DNA of 64,000 bases from Acidobacteriota bacterium (GCA_963663035.1 OY760074.1:3392001-3456000), one strand, 5' to 3'. Shown: positions 20,390 through 31,186, counted from the first letter of the stretch. The notes: a model not told the origin generated them from the letters alone. Translations and numbers: made by a program.

Positions 20390-22294
20390 TTACAGGGCCC
20401 CTTCCGCCTGGTAGACAATCTCTCCACCCACGACGGTCAAGAGCGTCTTTATGGTGTGTACTTCATCCGCCGGAATCGTGAAGTAGTCCTTGTCGATAAC
20501 GATGAAATCCCCAAGCTTTCCGGTTTCCAGCGATCCGATCTGGTCCTCTCGGAGCAACTGTTCCGCACCCCATATCGTGGCGGCCTTCATCAGGGTGATC
20601 CGATCCAAGGCTTCGGCCTGATTGTACAGGATGTCCTGATCCGGCATCCTGCGGGTCAAAAAGAACTCCAGAAAAGCCCAATACGAACCATCCCATTCAT
20701 CCGGGTAGTCCATATCCTTGGATTGCAGAGGAACCTTGGTGAGGTGGGCGTCCGTGTTGAATACGACATGGACCCCGGCCTTGACCAGAGTTCTAACAGG
20801 AGCGATCCATTTCATGTATTCTTCACCAAAAACGCTCAGGAAAATACCGCCTTTGCTCCAGGACCGGACCTGATATCCGTTGAAACCGGGCATGATTCCA
20901 TAGTACGCCATCTTCTGAGCCTGATCCGGACGGATGATCGGATTGTGATCAAGACTGATCCGGACGGCTTTGACCTCATCCAAGGTCACGTTTCCACTAC
21001 CGATGGCCTCTTCAATCAATCGGAACAAACCATCGTAAGTCCCGTCGGTATAGCCATGCAGGAATCCGATTCGCAGGCCTGATTCCAGCGCCGATCTGAC
21101 GTTCCGGTAGCCTGAAGACTGCTCGAAATTGATCTGGTCCGGACACGGAGTGGTCGTCCGGGTGACCGGCGGCGTCACTCCGGGTGGAGCCTCGGCCGTG
21201 GTACAACTAAAACCGTTGGGGCTCCGGTCCTCCCAGGTTTCATTGCTGACTCCGGCGTTCCAGATGTAGTCATTCCCGATTCCCCGGAAGTCTCCAAGAT
21301 ACCGGTAAATAGGACTGAAATCATCCTGCTCGCCGGGAGCCCCTCCCCCATATTTGGTGTTCCAGATGGTGCCCCACCACCAGGCCCACCGGGTGGGCAG
21401 TTCGCCCCTTTCGTAAAGCAGTCGGGTCGCCTTCATGATCGAAGGGGTGCCGTAGTAGTGATTACCGAAGGTGGTGATGCCCTGGGGTGCCACACAGGTC
21501 AGTAACTCTCGCTTCAGAAAGTCCGCCACCACCTCTGGCTTCTTCCGAAAGAGAATGTCATAGAGGACTCCGGTTCTTGCTGGCAGCTGGAACATCTCCC
21601 GTCCCAGCAGTCTGGTCATCTCTTGGGCGGCCAGGGTGTTGTTGACACTGGGAGCGATGGCGGTGTTGCCATAGACCATGGTGGGATTGTCGGGGGCAAG
21701 CCTGTCCAAAAATTCCTTGGTGATCGAACCCCCGATCATGGGCCAGGTGATGTTCCTGGATTCCGCCACGTCGTCTTTGGCAAACAAAACCACCCAAATC
21801 CACTTACCGGGACCGAGTTCCTGTGCCCGCTGCCTAATCACGCGTTCCAGGGAAGTCAGTAATTCCTGCTCGTTATCACCCGTGGCATAGACCATTTTCA
21901 GTTGGAGATCATTGTACCTGCGGGCCGTCTCCTCACCCTCAGCGCCCAGCCAGTGCTCTACAGCCCAAAGGTGGGGGTGAGTGTGACCGTCGATCAAGCC
22001 CGGCAGCACCCTCTTGCCCTTCACATCCAGGATGCGGGTACTGGGTCCGGACAGAAACAGGACGTCATCATTGCTTCCCAGGGCCAGGATTCTTCCATCC
22101 CTGACCGCCATCGCCTCGACTTCGGACATCGCTCTGTCCATTGTCGTGATCTTACCGTTGGTGACGATCAGATCCGGGTACGCATTCAATCTGTTGAGCT
22201 TCTCTGCCAGTACCGAGTCCTCTTGTGCCAGAATCGGAGTAGCAGAGAATAAGAAGATAAAAAGATATGCCAGCCTGTAAGCGGGGTTTTTCAA
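20390..22294 (-). CDS. Exported YtcJ-like amidohydrolase, type C (divergent)
   Basis: Signal peptide; PGLIDGHTH, FLHG, LDHN, FNTDAH and GSLETGKLGDF motifs. Confidence 0.92.
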   Translation of the reverse strand: MKNPAYRLAYLFIFLFSATPILAQEDSVLAEKLNRLNAYPDLIVTNGKITTMDRAMSEVEAMAVRDGRILALGSNDDVLFLSGPSTRILDVKGKRVLPGLIDGHTHPHLWAVEHWLGAEGEETARRYNDLQLKMVYATGDNEQELLTSLERVIRQRAQELGPGKWIWVVLFAKDDVAESRNITWPMIGGSITKEFLDRLAPDNPTMVYGNTAIAPSVNNTLAAQEMTRLLGREMFQLPARTGVLYDILFRKKPEVVADFLKRELLTCVAPQGITTFGNHYYGTPSIMKATRLLYERGELPTRWAWWWGTIWNTKYGGGAPGEQDDFSPIYRYLGDFRGIGNDYIWNAGVSNETWEDRSPNGFSCTTAEAPPGVTPPVTRTTTPCPDQINFEQSSGYRNVRSALESGLRIGFLHGYTDGTYDGLFRLIEEAIGSGNVTLDEVKAVRISLDHNPIIRPDQAQKMAYYGIMPGFNGYQVRSWSKGGIFLSVFGEEYMKWIAPVRTLVKAGVHVVFNTDAHLTKVPLQSKDMDYPDEWDGSYWAFLEFFLTRRMPDQDILYNQAEALDRITLMKAATIWGAEQLLREDQIGSLETGKLGDFIVIDKDYFTIPADEVHTIKTLLTVVGGEIVYQAEGAL

Positions 22295-22465
22295 GAAGCA
22301 CCTCCAGAGTCTGTATCCTATTCGAGGGAAACCTGGGTGTCAATCTTGCTTTTGACGGCTCGCTACGAGGGAGAGGGGAGTTTTGCCGGATTAAGGGACC
22401 GCTTGCGTCGCCCGCACCGCAACCCAAATCGAACGCCCGAAGCGGTGGAGTGGCAGGTTGTGGAG

Positions 22466-22662
22466 CTAGCCTCGACGACCTAATGAGAGTGATGTATCTC
22501 AAGTACGACCGAGCAGACAACAGGTACAGAACCGCAGACATTGCAGACGAGCTGAAGGCACTGACCGGCAAGGATTACTCAGACTTCCGTAGACGGTACG
22601 CACAAGGTCGAGAGATTTTCCCAGTTGGTCAATCTTCAGCCTTGGTGACCTGTACCTACTAA
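22466..22662 (+). pseudogene. Probable M61 (glycyl aminopeptidase-like) C-terminal remnant
   Basis: SLDDLMRVMY...ELKALTGKDYSDF.RRYAQGRE pattern; no N-terminal part. Confidence 0.5.
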
Positions 22663-23009
22663 ATATCTCTTCGTCAGCTCAGGGCCCGGGAATGGCGCCG
22701 ATCTGGGAGGGCCGTGTCTTCTACGGCCTGCACGACAAACTCAGAGAGGACATCCTCCGCTGGGGTAAGCACCAACCGTTTGGATGGCTTTTTTCTCATT
22801 GAACCCCCAAAGAAGAAAACGTTGAAGGACAACACCGCCGATGATAACGGGAAGCTGGTCCCAGTAGAAATGCTCTGGATCCCAGCGATCTACTGGCTCG
22901 CTTTTAACCCGAATTCCGTTGATCAATTCACGTTGTCGATGGCCTCTCCTTGACGGCGATAGTCGAACGTCTTCAGCACTCAGCGGCTAGGTGAGTTCCT
23001 GACACCGAA

Positions 23010-24056
23010 TCAATACTCGTTAAAGATGCGTTGGATCTCCCTGTGATCATTTGTTTTGGTAAGGGCCAACTGCAGCAGTATTCGGGCCTTGTAGGCGGGC
23101 AGGTTATCTCCTTCGATGAACTTATCGTTAGCACTGGGCGAAATTTGTGTGTTTCCACCGCCTCGGGCCGTACGAACCACAGGCAAGCCCCTGTCTGCAA
23201 GGGCTTCCAGGATTTTGCTCTGTTCAGGTGTGGGTCTTCCGTGGCTCGTGAAGCCGCTAAGGACGATGCCTTTGACATCCAGGTTCGCCACCGCTTCTAT
23301 CACTTTCGGGTCCGCATCAAAGTAAACAGAGACGACCTCCACTTTGGGAAGGTTCCCGTTAATCTGGTCCAGGCTGAACTCTGAATTCACAGTATGTCGC
23401 CTAGTAGGAGAGCGGTAAAAGGTTATGTTATTTCCCCCCACCAATCCCAGAAACCCGAAGTCCCAGGAACGAAATGCTCCCGGACGTCCACTCGTCTTTA
23501 CAACCTCCCGAGCTGCATTGATCGTTCCGTTATGGACGAGCAATGCTCCTTTGCCCACGGCTTCAGGAGAAAGCACCACTTTGATGGAATCAATGAAGTT
23601 GTAATCACCATCATTTCCCAGAGTTCCATGCATGCGCTGGGAGTTGGTCAAAACGATTGAGTTCGTGCTTTTCACGAGAAGGTTCAAAAAGTAAACGGTC
23701 TCTTCAGAAGCGACCGTCCCATGTGTCACGATCACTCCTTTTACTCTGGGTTCTTGGATAACTGTGTTGACGGTGCGCACGATATCCAAAATGTCGTTTC
23801 CAGAAAGTGCACTGCTCGCTACAGACCGAACGTTAATGACTTCAATGTCGACACTGTCCAAAAGAGCATGGGTTTCTGGAAACGCTTTTCGAATGTCAGA
23901 GATTATGGTTTCAAACTGAGGCCGCCCATCGATAGTATGCGCGATCGTCCCGCCCATTGAGACCACCTTGATCAACGGCCTTTCTTGTGCCTCTGGCGAA
24001 CACGCCGAGAAGAATGCTACCAGAGCCAATGAAAATAAAGTCTCTAATTTCACCAT
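23010..24056 (-). CDS. Asparaginase/glutaminase-family lipoprotein
   Basis: FSAC lipobox; MGGTIA, THGTVASEET, SQR, AAREVVKT and KARILLQLAL motifs. Confidence 0.92.
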   Translation of the reverse strand: MVKLETLFSLALVAFFSACSPEAQERPLIKVVSMGGTIAHTIDGRPQFETIISDIRKAFPETHALLDSVDIEVINVRSVASSALSGNDILDIVRTVNTVIQEPRVKGVIVTHGTVASEETVYFLNLLVKSTNSIVLTNSQRMHGTLGNDGDYNFIDSIKVVLSPEAVGKGALLVHNGTINAAREVVKTSGRPGAFRSWDFGFLGLVGGNNITFYRSPTRRHTVNSEFSLDQINGNLPKVEVVSVYFDADPKVIEAVANLDVKGIVLSGFTSHGRPTPEQSKILEALADRGLPVVRTARGGGNTQISPSANDKFIEGDNLPAYKARILLQLALTKTNDHREIQRIFNEY

Positions 24057-24125
24057 TATTCCTTCCCCTTCTTCATCAAGTGGACTGCTTAATACACTGG
24101 CTTTTTCAAGAGAAAATCAAAAGAT

Positions 24126-24847
24126 CTAAACGTCAAAGTAACTCTTCAGCTGTGTACTAAGGCAGTAATTCTGATCACAGTTCACCGTCTGCTTCGTATA
24201 CGTTTTTCCACCGACGATCGTGCAATCAACCGGCGACTCACTAATCTTCTCCTCGGGCACGGTCATATAGTCTCCACCCAGCACTACCAGATCCGCAAGC
24301 TTACACTCCTCAATCGATCCCACGACCTTCTCATCGCCGGAGTAGGCAGCACTCCAGATCATCGCCATGCGTAGGCCGTCCTCCCGACTGATCGCCTCGC
24401 GCGCTCCCCGGGCTGAGCCTTGCTCACCCCAGCCCGAATTTCTTCGAGGCACTTCTCCACGGTCTCACATGTCAGGCTGCCGCCGTTGACCATGCCGGCG
24501 CCGCGGGCAACTAGAAAATGACCATGGCAATGCGGATCGATGAATCCAGGAACCACACTGCGACGTTCAACATCGATCACCTGCTTCGCAGGCCCCTTCA
24601 AAGCCAGGATCTCCTGATTCGTTCCTTCTTTCAGAAAACGGCCGTCGCGGATGGCTACGGCCTCAACCATAGAAAACTGATCGTCAACAGTCAGAATTTT
24701 GCCGTTCTGAAGAATCAACTCCGGATAGCTCACGAGCTCCGCCGAGATCGATTGACCCGCCGTGTCGGTTGCCGTCGAGAAAACAACCCATAACACTGTT
24801 AACGACAAGGAGAAAATCCGCTTAGCTGTGCCGAATAATACCTTCAT
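24126..24847 (-). pseudogene. YtcJ-like amidohydrolase with a large internal deletion
   Basis: N-part (NGKILTVD...PGFIDPHCH) is fused out of frame near 24400 to the C-part (ISREDGL...GSIEECKLADLVVLGGDY). Confidence 0.88.
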
Positions 24848-25017
24848 CCGAGAATCTCCTTTCTTGTTGGCTCATTACAAGCCTCACAATCTCCTTTTTT
24901 GCTATCTGTTACTCCCTAAGCCCTAACTCCGAAATTTCTTCTCCATTCGATGACCCCTTTCTCTTTCGCAATGTTCTTGTTTGCTATTCTTGCTTCCCTA
25001 ATTCAACGACGTCAAAG

Positions 25018-25121
25018 GTCGACACACTCTTCCTTATTGAAGAGCACCATATTGAAGAGCATATTTCCCAATTATTTCCTGTTTCTTGTTGGAAACATCT
25101 CGCCAAAGCAGTGAGGCAATT
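25018..25121 (-). repeat. 104-bp repeat, copy B
   Basis: Reverse complement of 17003-17106 with 2 mismatches. Confidence 0.92.
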
Positions 25122-25126
25122 CGGGC

Positions 25127-25155
25127 TTGCCTTCATCCCCCATAAGGCTTAAAAT
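25127..25155 (+). promoter_or_regulatory. Putative sigma70 promoter
   Basis: TTGCCT-17-TAAAAT. Confidence 0.55.
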
Positions 25156-25194
25156 CTAGGCCAAGTCACACCCGTTTTGAGAGGGAGTCAAGGA

Positions 25195-25326
25195 GTGATC
25201 GGCCAAACCGTCTCGCACTACAAAGTCGCTGAGAAGCTCGGCGGTGGAGGCATGGGTGTCGTCTTCAAGGCTGAGGACACCCTCTTGGGTAAAAATGTAG
25301 CCCTGAAATTCCGAGTCAGAAAATAA
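25195..25326 (+). pseudogene. Ser/Thr protein kinase N-terminal stub
   Basis: [39 protein letters not shown], then a stop. Confidence 0.88.
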
Positions 25327-25383
25327 CTCTGTCCCCATATTTCGTCCCCAGATTCGCCCATATCTGGCAGAAAGGAAAACATC

Positions 25384-27237
25384 ATGAGTCTCAAGAAAAA
25401 AGAGAAAGAAAGAGTCAGCCGCAGAGGCTTCATCCGAGGAGCGGGCGTTGGCGCTGGGGCCATAGCTGCCGCCAGTGCGCTGCCCACTTTAAAGGCGCAA
25501 GCTCAGCAGAGCGCGGCCTCTGGCATTCCCGAGCAATGGGACTTGGAGGCAGACGTTGTCATTATCGGCTCCGGGGCCACGGGAGTTCCCGCCGCCATTA
25601 GGGCGGCAGAGGAAGGGGCCTCGGTTATGGTCGTCGACGCCAATTACGACGCCGGCGGACACGCCCTACTGAGCGGAGGAAACGTCGCTCTCGGAGGTGG
25701 GACGAGCGCCCAGAAAAAGTACGACATCGAGGATTCGCCGGACCTCCTCTTCCAGGATCTAACTGACTGGTCCGTCGTGGAAGCCAACGGTATGCCTGAT
25801 TACAGGTACAACGACCGAGGCGTCCAGCGTGCTCTTGCCGATAACGAGGCTGCCACCTACGAATTCCTGGTCGCAAATGGCGTCCGGTTTGAAGATCAGG
25901 TCCCCGACGTGAGGGGCGGGCACGCCATAGGGGTCTCCGCACCCAGAGAGAATCACGCCATCAGGGATCATGTGCCGGGCCTCGAGAGTCCGACGGGCTC
26001 AGGGGGAACCAACCTCATGAGACCCTTGGAGGCCAGTGCCAGGAAAAAGGGCGTCAAGTTCCTGCTGAACTACCACATGGACGTCATTTTCCGCGAGACT
26101 CCCACTTCGGGACGGGTGCTTGGCATCCAGGCCAGCTACACGCCCACGATCCTGCCGGGAACCACCACTCCTCTCAAGAGCTTCCGTTCCCAAGGCAATA
26201 TCGAAATGGACGCGGACTCTGTCACCGTCAAAGCCAGGAAGGCTGTCATTCTCGGCACAGGCGGGCATACGGGCAACGTCAACTTCCGCAGAATGTTTGA
26301 CTCGAGACTGACCGAGGAGATCCAATATGGCGGCGCCCCCTTCTCTCCTCAGGACGCCAGCGGGGAGCTGGCCAGCATGGCCATTGGGGCATCACTGTGG
26401 GGCACGGCCAACCAGACTTTTGAGAGAAGCGGCTATGTCAGGAAACGGAGCCTGATTGGATCTCAGTATCTCTATGTTTCCTGGAAGCTGGATAGCCCCA
26501 TCTTCCCTCTGGCCCGCGCCACGGGTCTTCGGGTTGGCGATTGGCAGAACGTGATCTCTGTGAACCAGGCGGGAAAGAGATTCTACGATGAGACTTCAGG
26601 GAACTGGCCATACGGGAGCTCCTTCGAGTTCCTGGATCCCTATGTCCCGGGGGATTGGCGCAATGCCAGGAGAATTCCCTACGATCCACAGAACTACATC
26701 GACGCGGCCTTGGCCATGAACGAGGGATCAGCTCCCCCCGACTACGGACCCGGACCGACCTGGGCCATCTTCGACTCCGACGCCGTCGGGCGGGAAGAAT
26801 GGGATCTGGAGCCGCCTGCCACCGACCCCCTCTACTTCTTCGGTGCCGACACGCTGGCGCAACTGGCTGCCAAGCTGACGCAAAATCCCTACCAGAAAGT
26901 CGAGATGCCTGCCGGGAACCTGAAAGCGACAGTGGCCAGATACAACTCTATCGTGGAGTTCGGCCACGACGTGGACTTCGAAAAACCCTCACCCCTGTAC
27001 AAGATAGAGACCCCTCCCTTTTACGCTGCCTGGGCCGGGCCGGTAGTGCACGATAGCTATGCAGGCCTCAGGATCAACATGAAGTGCCAGGTGATGGACT
27101 TCAATGGCGAGGTCATTGCGGGGCTCTACTGCGGAGGCGAGTCGGCCGGTGGCTGCAGTCAGCATGGCACGGGCCGATGCACCACCCAGGGCTACATCTC
27201 CGGAAAGGCCGCCGCCGCTGAGCCGAGCTGGGACTAG
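25384..27237 (+). CDS. Tat-exported FAD-dependent oxidoreductase (FAD_binding_2; flavocytochrome c/ketosteroid dehydrogenase-like)
   Basis: SRRGFI signal; DVVIIGSGATG, LGTGG, NQAGKRFYDE and GLYCGGE motifs. Confidence 0.9.
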   Translation: MSLKKKEKERVSRRGFIRGAGVGAGAIAAASALPTLKAQAQQSAASGIPEQWDLEADVVIIGSGATGVPAAIRAAEEGASVMVVDANYDAGGHALLSGGNVALGGGTSAQKKYDIEDSPDLLFQDLTDWSVVEANGMPDYRYNDRGVQRALADNEAATYEFLVANGVRFEDQVPDVRGGHAIGVSAPRENHAIRDHVPGLESPTGSGGTNLMRPLEASARKKGVKFLLNYHMDVIFRETPTSGRVLGIQASYTPTILPGTTTPLKSFRSQGNIEMDADSVTVKARKAVILGTGGHTGNVNFRRMFDSRLTEEIQYGGAPFSPQDASGELASMAIGASLWGTANQTFERSGYVRKRSLIGSQYLYVSWKLDSPIFPLARATGLRVGDWQNVISVNQAGKRFYDETSGNWPYGSSFEFLDPYVPGDWRNARRIPYDPQNYIDAALAMNEGSAPPDYGPGPTWAIFDSDAVGREEWDLEPPATDPLYFFGADTLAQLAAKLTQNPYQKVEMPAGNLKATVARYNSIVEFGHDVDFEKPSPLYKIETPPFYAAWAGPVVHDSYAGLRINMKCQVMDFNGEVIAGLYCGGESAGGCSQHGTGRCTTQGYISGKAAAAEPSWD

Positions 27238-27529
27238 ACGCTCCCCGATGAACGGGTAGTCAGTCCCCACATTTTCCCCAATGGACTTGGCAACTGTGGT
27301 GTGCTATCTAGTGGCGGATGCTTCGCGCTGGCAGCTGGTAAGGGAGGACAGAGGGGGGTATGACTTGACGACTTTGGCGGGTGGTGAGTGCGCATCATTG
27401 AATAGTTGATGCCTGTCTGATGAACAGTCATCAAGAGAGTTAATAGAAAGGAGTGTGCCCGATGAAACTAGATCATCTCACTCGTCTTCCTCATCCCGGC
27501 GGTGGGGTGGCCATGCTACAGCGCAGGGA

Positions 27530-27711
27530 CACCACGGCAGCTTCATAAAGGAATATACACTTTAGATACGGGCGTTGGTCATCCACGATATGGCGTTTCA
27601 CAAGACGGCCAACACTTTTTGATGAGCAAAGCATCAGATGAAGAGCAAGGGCAACTCAGAGTTGTCCTCAACTGGTTTGAAGAACTCAAACGCCTTGTGC
27701 CTACCAACTGA
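27530..27711 (+). pseudogene. C-terminal remnant of a kinase-TolB/beta-propeller protein
   Basis: YGVSQDGQHFLM...VVLNWFEELKRLVP C-terminus. Confidence 0.75.
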
Positions 27712-27739
27712 CTGAAATGTGTTACACCGGGAGGTTAAT

Positions 27740-28540
27740 ATGAAGTTTTTCCATACATTAGTTCTAGTGCTTCTCGCATTTGCTTACCCGCTTTTCGCCC
27801 AGGTTCCTGACACCGTTTTTCTAGAAGAACTGACATGGACTGAAGTGCGAGATGCCATCCAAGCTGGCAAAACAACAGTCATCATTCCTACAGGTGGAAC
27901 GGAACAAACTGGCCCACACATTGTACTGGGAAAGCATAATTTCATTGTGAAACACACAGCTGAGCAGATTGCTCGCAGGCTAGGAGATGCTCTGGTAGCT
28001 CCGGTTGTTGCTTATGTACCTGAGGGTGAGCTTGATCCACCCACCAGCCACATGCGTTTCAGCGGCACAATCACACTGCCCAATGAATACTTCATGAAGG
28101 TGGTGGAATACGCGGCTCGAAGCTTTCGGGTGCATGGCTTCAAAGATATTGTGTTAATTGGAGACAGCGGAGGAAACCAGGACGGCTTGAAAACAGTCTC
28201 TGAAATGCTCAACAAGGAATGGGCTAATTCTGACATCCGAGTTCTCTTCGTATCCGATTACAACAGTGGCACCGCCTTCCGTGATTGGCTTCAGAGTCAG
28301 GGCGAAACGGCAGAGAGCATTGGAGGGCATGGGGGCATCCCAAACACCTCAGAAGTGATGGCTGTTGACTCAAATCAAGTCCGCTTGGATAAGCGGGCAA
28401 AGAGTACAGAGACTTTACCGAGTGGAGTTACGGGTGATTCGACACGCGCAAGCATCCGTTATGGAATGAAAGGTCTTGAGTTGAAGATTGAAGCAGCTGT
28501 TGCCCAAACCAAGGAACTGATGACCTCAAGCCGCAAGTGA
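27740..28540 (+). CDS. Creatininase-family amidohydrolase with signal peptide
   Basis: [20 protein letters not shown] and GDSGGNQ motifs; GGAGG RBS before ATG 27740. Confidence 0.9.
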   Translation: MKFFHTLVLVLLAFAYPLFAQVPDTVFLEELTWTEVRDAIQAGKTTVIIPTGGTEQTGPHIVLGKHNFIVKHTAEQIARRLGDALVAPVVAYVPEGELDPPTSHMRFSGTITLPNEYFMKVVEYAARSFRVHGFKDIVLIGDSGGNQDGLKTVSEMLNKEWANSDIRVLFVSDYNSGTAFRDWLQSQGETAESIGGHGGIPNTSEVMAVDSNQVRLDKRAKSTETLPSGVTGDSTRASIRYGMKGLELKIEAAVAQTKELMTSSRK

Positions 28541-28545
28541 CGGGT

Positions 28546-28686
28546 ATAATCGGCAATCAAGTTTCTCACTACAAAATCCAGGAAAAGCTGGTGGTGATGG
28601 AATGGGAATCGTCTACAAGGCTGAGGGCACCCGCCTGGGTCGCAATGTGGCCTTGAAGTTCCTGCCTGAGAAGTTTGCCCAGAATA
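28546..28686 (+). pseudogene. Second Ser/Thr kinase N-terminal stub, frameshifted
   Basis: [14 protein letters not shown] / [24 protein letters not shown]. Confidence 0.85.
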
Positions 28687-28759
28687 CGATCCTAGAAGCA
28701 TCGGTGGGGGCTTCTCAGCGTGGCAATCTGCTCTTGCTCATACAGATCCTGAGTCTCAT

Positions 28760-28885
28760 TCACCCGTTTCCAGACGGTCCTCGTCGAGCGGACGGGCCCA
28801 CAGGGCCGCGCGGCGGCGCTGGTAACCCTTGGCCACCACTCGGTAGCCTCTTCTCATCAGCAAGGGAAGCCGGTTGATAAGAGCT
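28760..28885 (-). pseudogene. Possible transposase fragment (IS1380-like)
   Basis: [23 protein letters not shown] resembles a recalled transposase segment. Confidence 0.3.
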
Positions 28886-28997
28886 CGGTGCTTACATAAA
28901 GGGACTAACCGCCGTCTTCAGCCCATTTCGACGTGAGAATTGAGATGTATCCCGTCAGCGAAAATGGGACAGATAGGGACCGAGAGTTAAGAGACAG

Positions 28998-29618
28998 TTA
29001 AAGGATTACGGTATTTTCTTGAGCTGCGGAATGGACAGATTCAACAAGGTCACGGCCTGGATCAACGACTATGGGCCACAAATTGAGCCCTTCATCCAGC
29101 CTCTGAAAACCTATGTTGACTCGGGAGTGCAGTTGACTGGCCAGCACTTTGGTGGCGGCGCCCGAAATCCTGGAAGCCCGAGCTTCCGTCCTCCCTTTTT
29201 CTTGCCCTGGCAAATCATCACACGCAAGTATGACGGGAAGGTTTGGCAGCCGGAAGAGCGGCTTGACCGGGTGCGTGCCATAAAGATCTATACATCCTGG
29301 GCAGCAAAATATGTCCAAAAGCCGGATCAGCTCGGCTCTCTGGAGAGGGGTAAGTTTGCCGACTTGCTGGTGATCGACCGAGATTACTTTACCGTTCCTA
29401 TTGACGACATTCTGAAAATTCGTCCTTTGATGACCATGGTGGGGGGCAAGATGATCGTGCTGCAGGAGTCACTGGCAAAGGACTTTGGAATGCAACCGGT
29501 GGGTCCTGCTTACAACTTTAGGGATGAGGATGTGCGGCATGTCGGTGAGTCGCTGTCTGGAATCGAGGAAGAGTTTTCGAGTGAAGAAGAGCGCATGGAT
29601 CAAGAGAGTAGGGATTAG
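28998..29618 (+). pseudogene. 5'-truncated type B amidohydrolase
   Basis: LKDYGIFLSCG...GQHFGG...PPFF..WQ.ITRKYDGKVWQPEER matches the C-terminus of 52305-54335. Confidence 0.88.
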
Positions 29619-29731
29619 ATGTAAGAAGTTCGTGAGTTGCAAACGGCTGAAGAGCATCAACTTGAGGTGAATTGCTGTTCTGAGAGGGAAGGCTTTTGGT
29701 GGCCTTCTCTGTGGATATCGAGAACTTCCCT

Positions 29732-31186
29732 GTGAGCAAAACGAGTCCCATCCTAAAGTTAGCGGCTGGTCCCGCTGCCTTCCTGCTGATCTATTTCTCC
29801 GCGCTTGAAGGAGTTTCCTATAATGGCCGTGTCATCCTCGCCACCTTAGCCTGGGCCGTCGTCTGGTGGATGACCAAGCCGGTCCCCTGGGCCATAACCT
29901 CGCTGCTTCCCCTGGTGATTTTTCCCGTCCTGGGCGTGATGCCAATACGGGAGACAACAGCTCTGTACGGACAGAGAATCTTCTTCTGGCTTCTCGGAAT
30001 TACCATGCTTGGATATGCCCTACAGAAGCACGGATTAGCCAACCGCATTGCCCTGAAGTTCCTGGGGCTCAAGGGCATGGCCAACACGACCCGCAGACTG
30101 CTTTTCATGTACATGCTGGCCACTGCAGTCCTCTCCATGTTCATTACGGACACTGCAGTTGTGGGCATGATGATTCCCCTGGGAATGTCCATTTGTGCCT
30201 TTGTCAGCAAGATAACCGGCAGCAATCATGAAGGCAGCCACCTGGCTTCCTTTTTTGCACTGGGAACACTCTATGCAGCGGTGGCAGGAGGGGTCGCGAC
30301 CATAGCAGGGAGTTCTCATAACGCAATCGGTGCGGCCCTGGCTGAAAGTCTGGTAGGAGAACAAATCGGGTTTTTCCGCTGGATGACCGTAGGACTACCG
30401 CTGTTCGTTGTCTTGTTCATCGCCTTTTATCTGTTGCTGGTTTATTTTTACCCACCTGAAATCTCTACCATTCCTGGCGGCCGGGAATTTCTAGATGCCG
30501 AACTCAAAAAGCTGGGGAAGATGACAAGGGGAGAAGTGAATGTTCTGGTGACCATTGGATGCATGGTGTTCTTGTTTACCTTTCCCGCCCTGTTTTCTCT
30601 GGTCTTGGGCGAAGCCCATCCCTGGGCCGAGCACCTGCGAACGGCCTTGCCGACATGGGTGGTGCCGGCCGTGATACTTTTCTTGCTTTTTCTGCTGCCC
30701 GTCGATTTCATGAAAGGCGAAGGAACCTTGGTCTGGCGCGATGTCGCCGAGCATGCTCCCTGGAACATTATTTTCTTGTGCACGGGCGCTGTAGCCATGA
30801 CCGATGCCCTCACCCAATTCGGCTTCAGAGAGCTCATGACCGGGAAATTGGAGACTCTCGAGATGGGGGCAAGTCTGCCCTTTCTGGTGACTCTGACGGT
30901 GGCAGTGAGCACGAACTTCGTGTCAGGAACAGCAGCTGTGTCTCTCTTCTGTAGTATCTTCATCCCTCTGGCGGCCAACCTGGGTTTTAACCCTGTGAGC
31001 ATGGCTATTCTCATACCCAACGCCGGTGTGGGTGTTATGACTCCCTGGGCAGGCGCGTCGGCCGGTACGGCTTTTGCCTCGGGTTATTTGAAAATGACAG
31101 AGATGGTAAAGGTCGGACTAGTCGCCACAGCCTTGATCATCTTGCTCACCACAGGTATTCACATGCTCTTTGCCCCAATCCTTTAG
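29732..31186 (+). CDS. SLC13/DASS-family transporter
   Basis: Polytopic membrane protein; PVPWAITSLLP, GGVATIAG..HN, FFRWM..GLP and PWNII motifs; start codon uncertain (29696 or 29732). Confidence 0.9.
   Translation: MSKTSPILKLAAGPAAFLLIYFSALEGVSYNGRVILATLAWAVVWWMTKPVPWAITSLLPLVIFPVLGVMPIRETTALYGQRIFFWLLGITMLGYALQKHGLANRIALKFLGLKGMANTTRRLLFMYMLATAVLSMFITDTAVVGMMIPLGMSICAFVSKITGSNHEGSHLASFFALGTLYAAVAGGVATIAGSSHNAIGAALAESLVGEQIGFFRWMTVGLPLFVVLFIAFYLLLVYFYPPEISTIPGGREFLDAELKKLGKMTRGEVNVLVTIGCMVFLFTFPALFSLVLGEAHPWAEHLRTALPTWVVPAVILFLLFLLPVDFMKGEGTLVWRDVAEHAPWNIIFLCTGAVAMTDALTQFGFRELMTGKLETLEMGASLPFLVTLTVAVSTNFVSGTAAVSLFCSIFIPLAANLGFNPVSMAILIPNAGVGVMTPWAGASAGTAFASGYLKMTEMVKVGLVATALIILLTTGIHMLFAPIL

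Noticed and set aside
20015-21082. Long opposite-strand ORFs (also 11887-12897, 40810-41976, 58434-59537)
   Set aside because: They are antisense shadows of well-supported genes and have no motifs of their own.
22714-22953. Short ORFs between the M61 remnant and the asparaginase
   Set aside because: No recognisable motif in any frame; cannot be supported.
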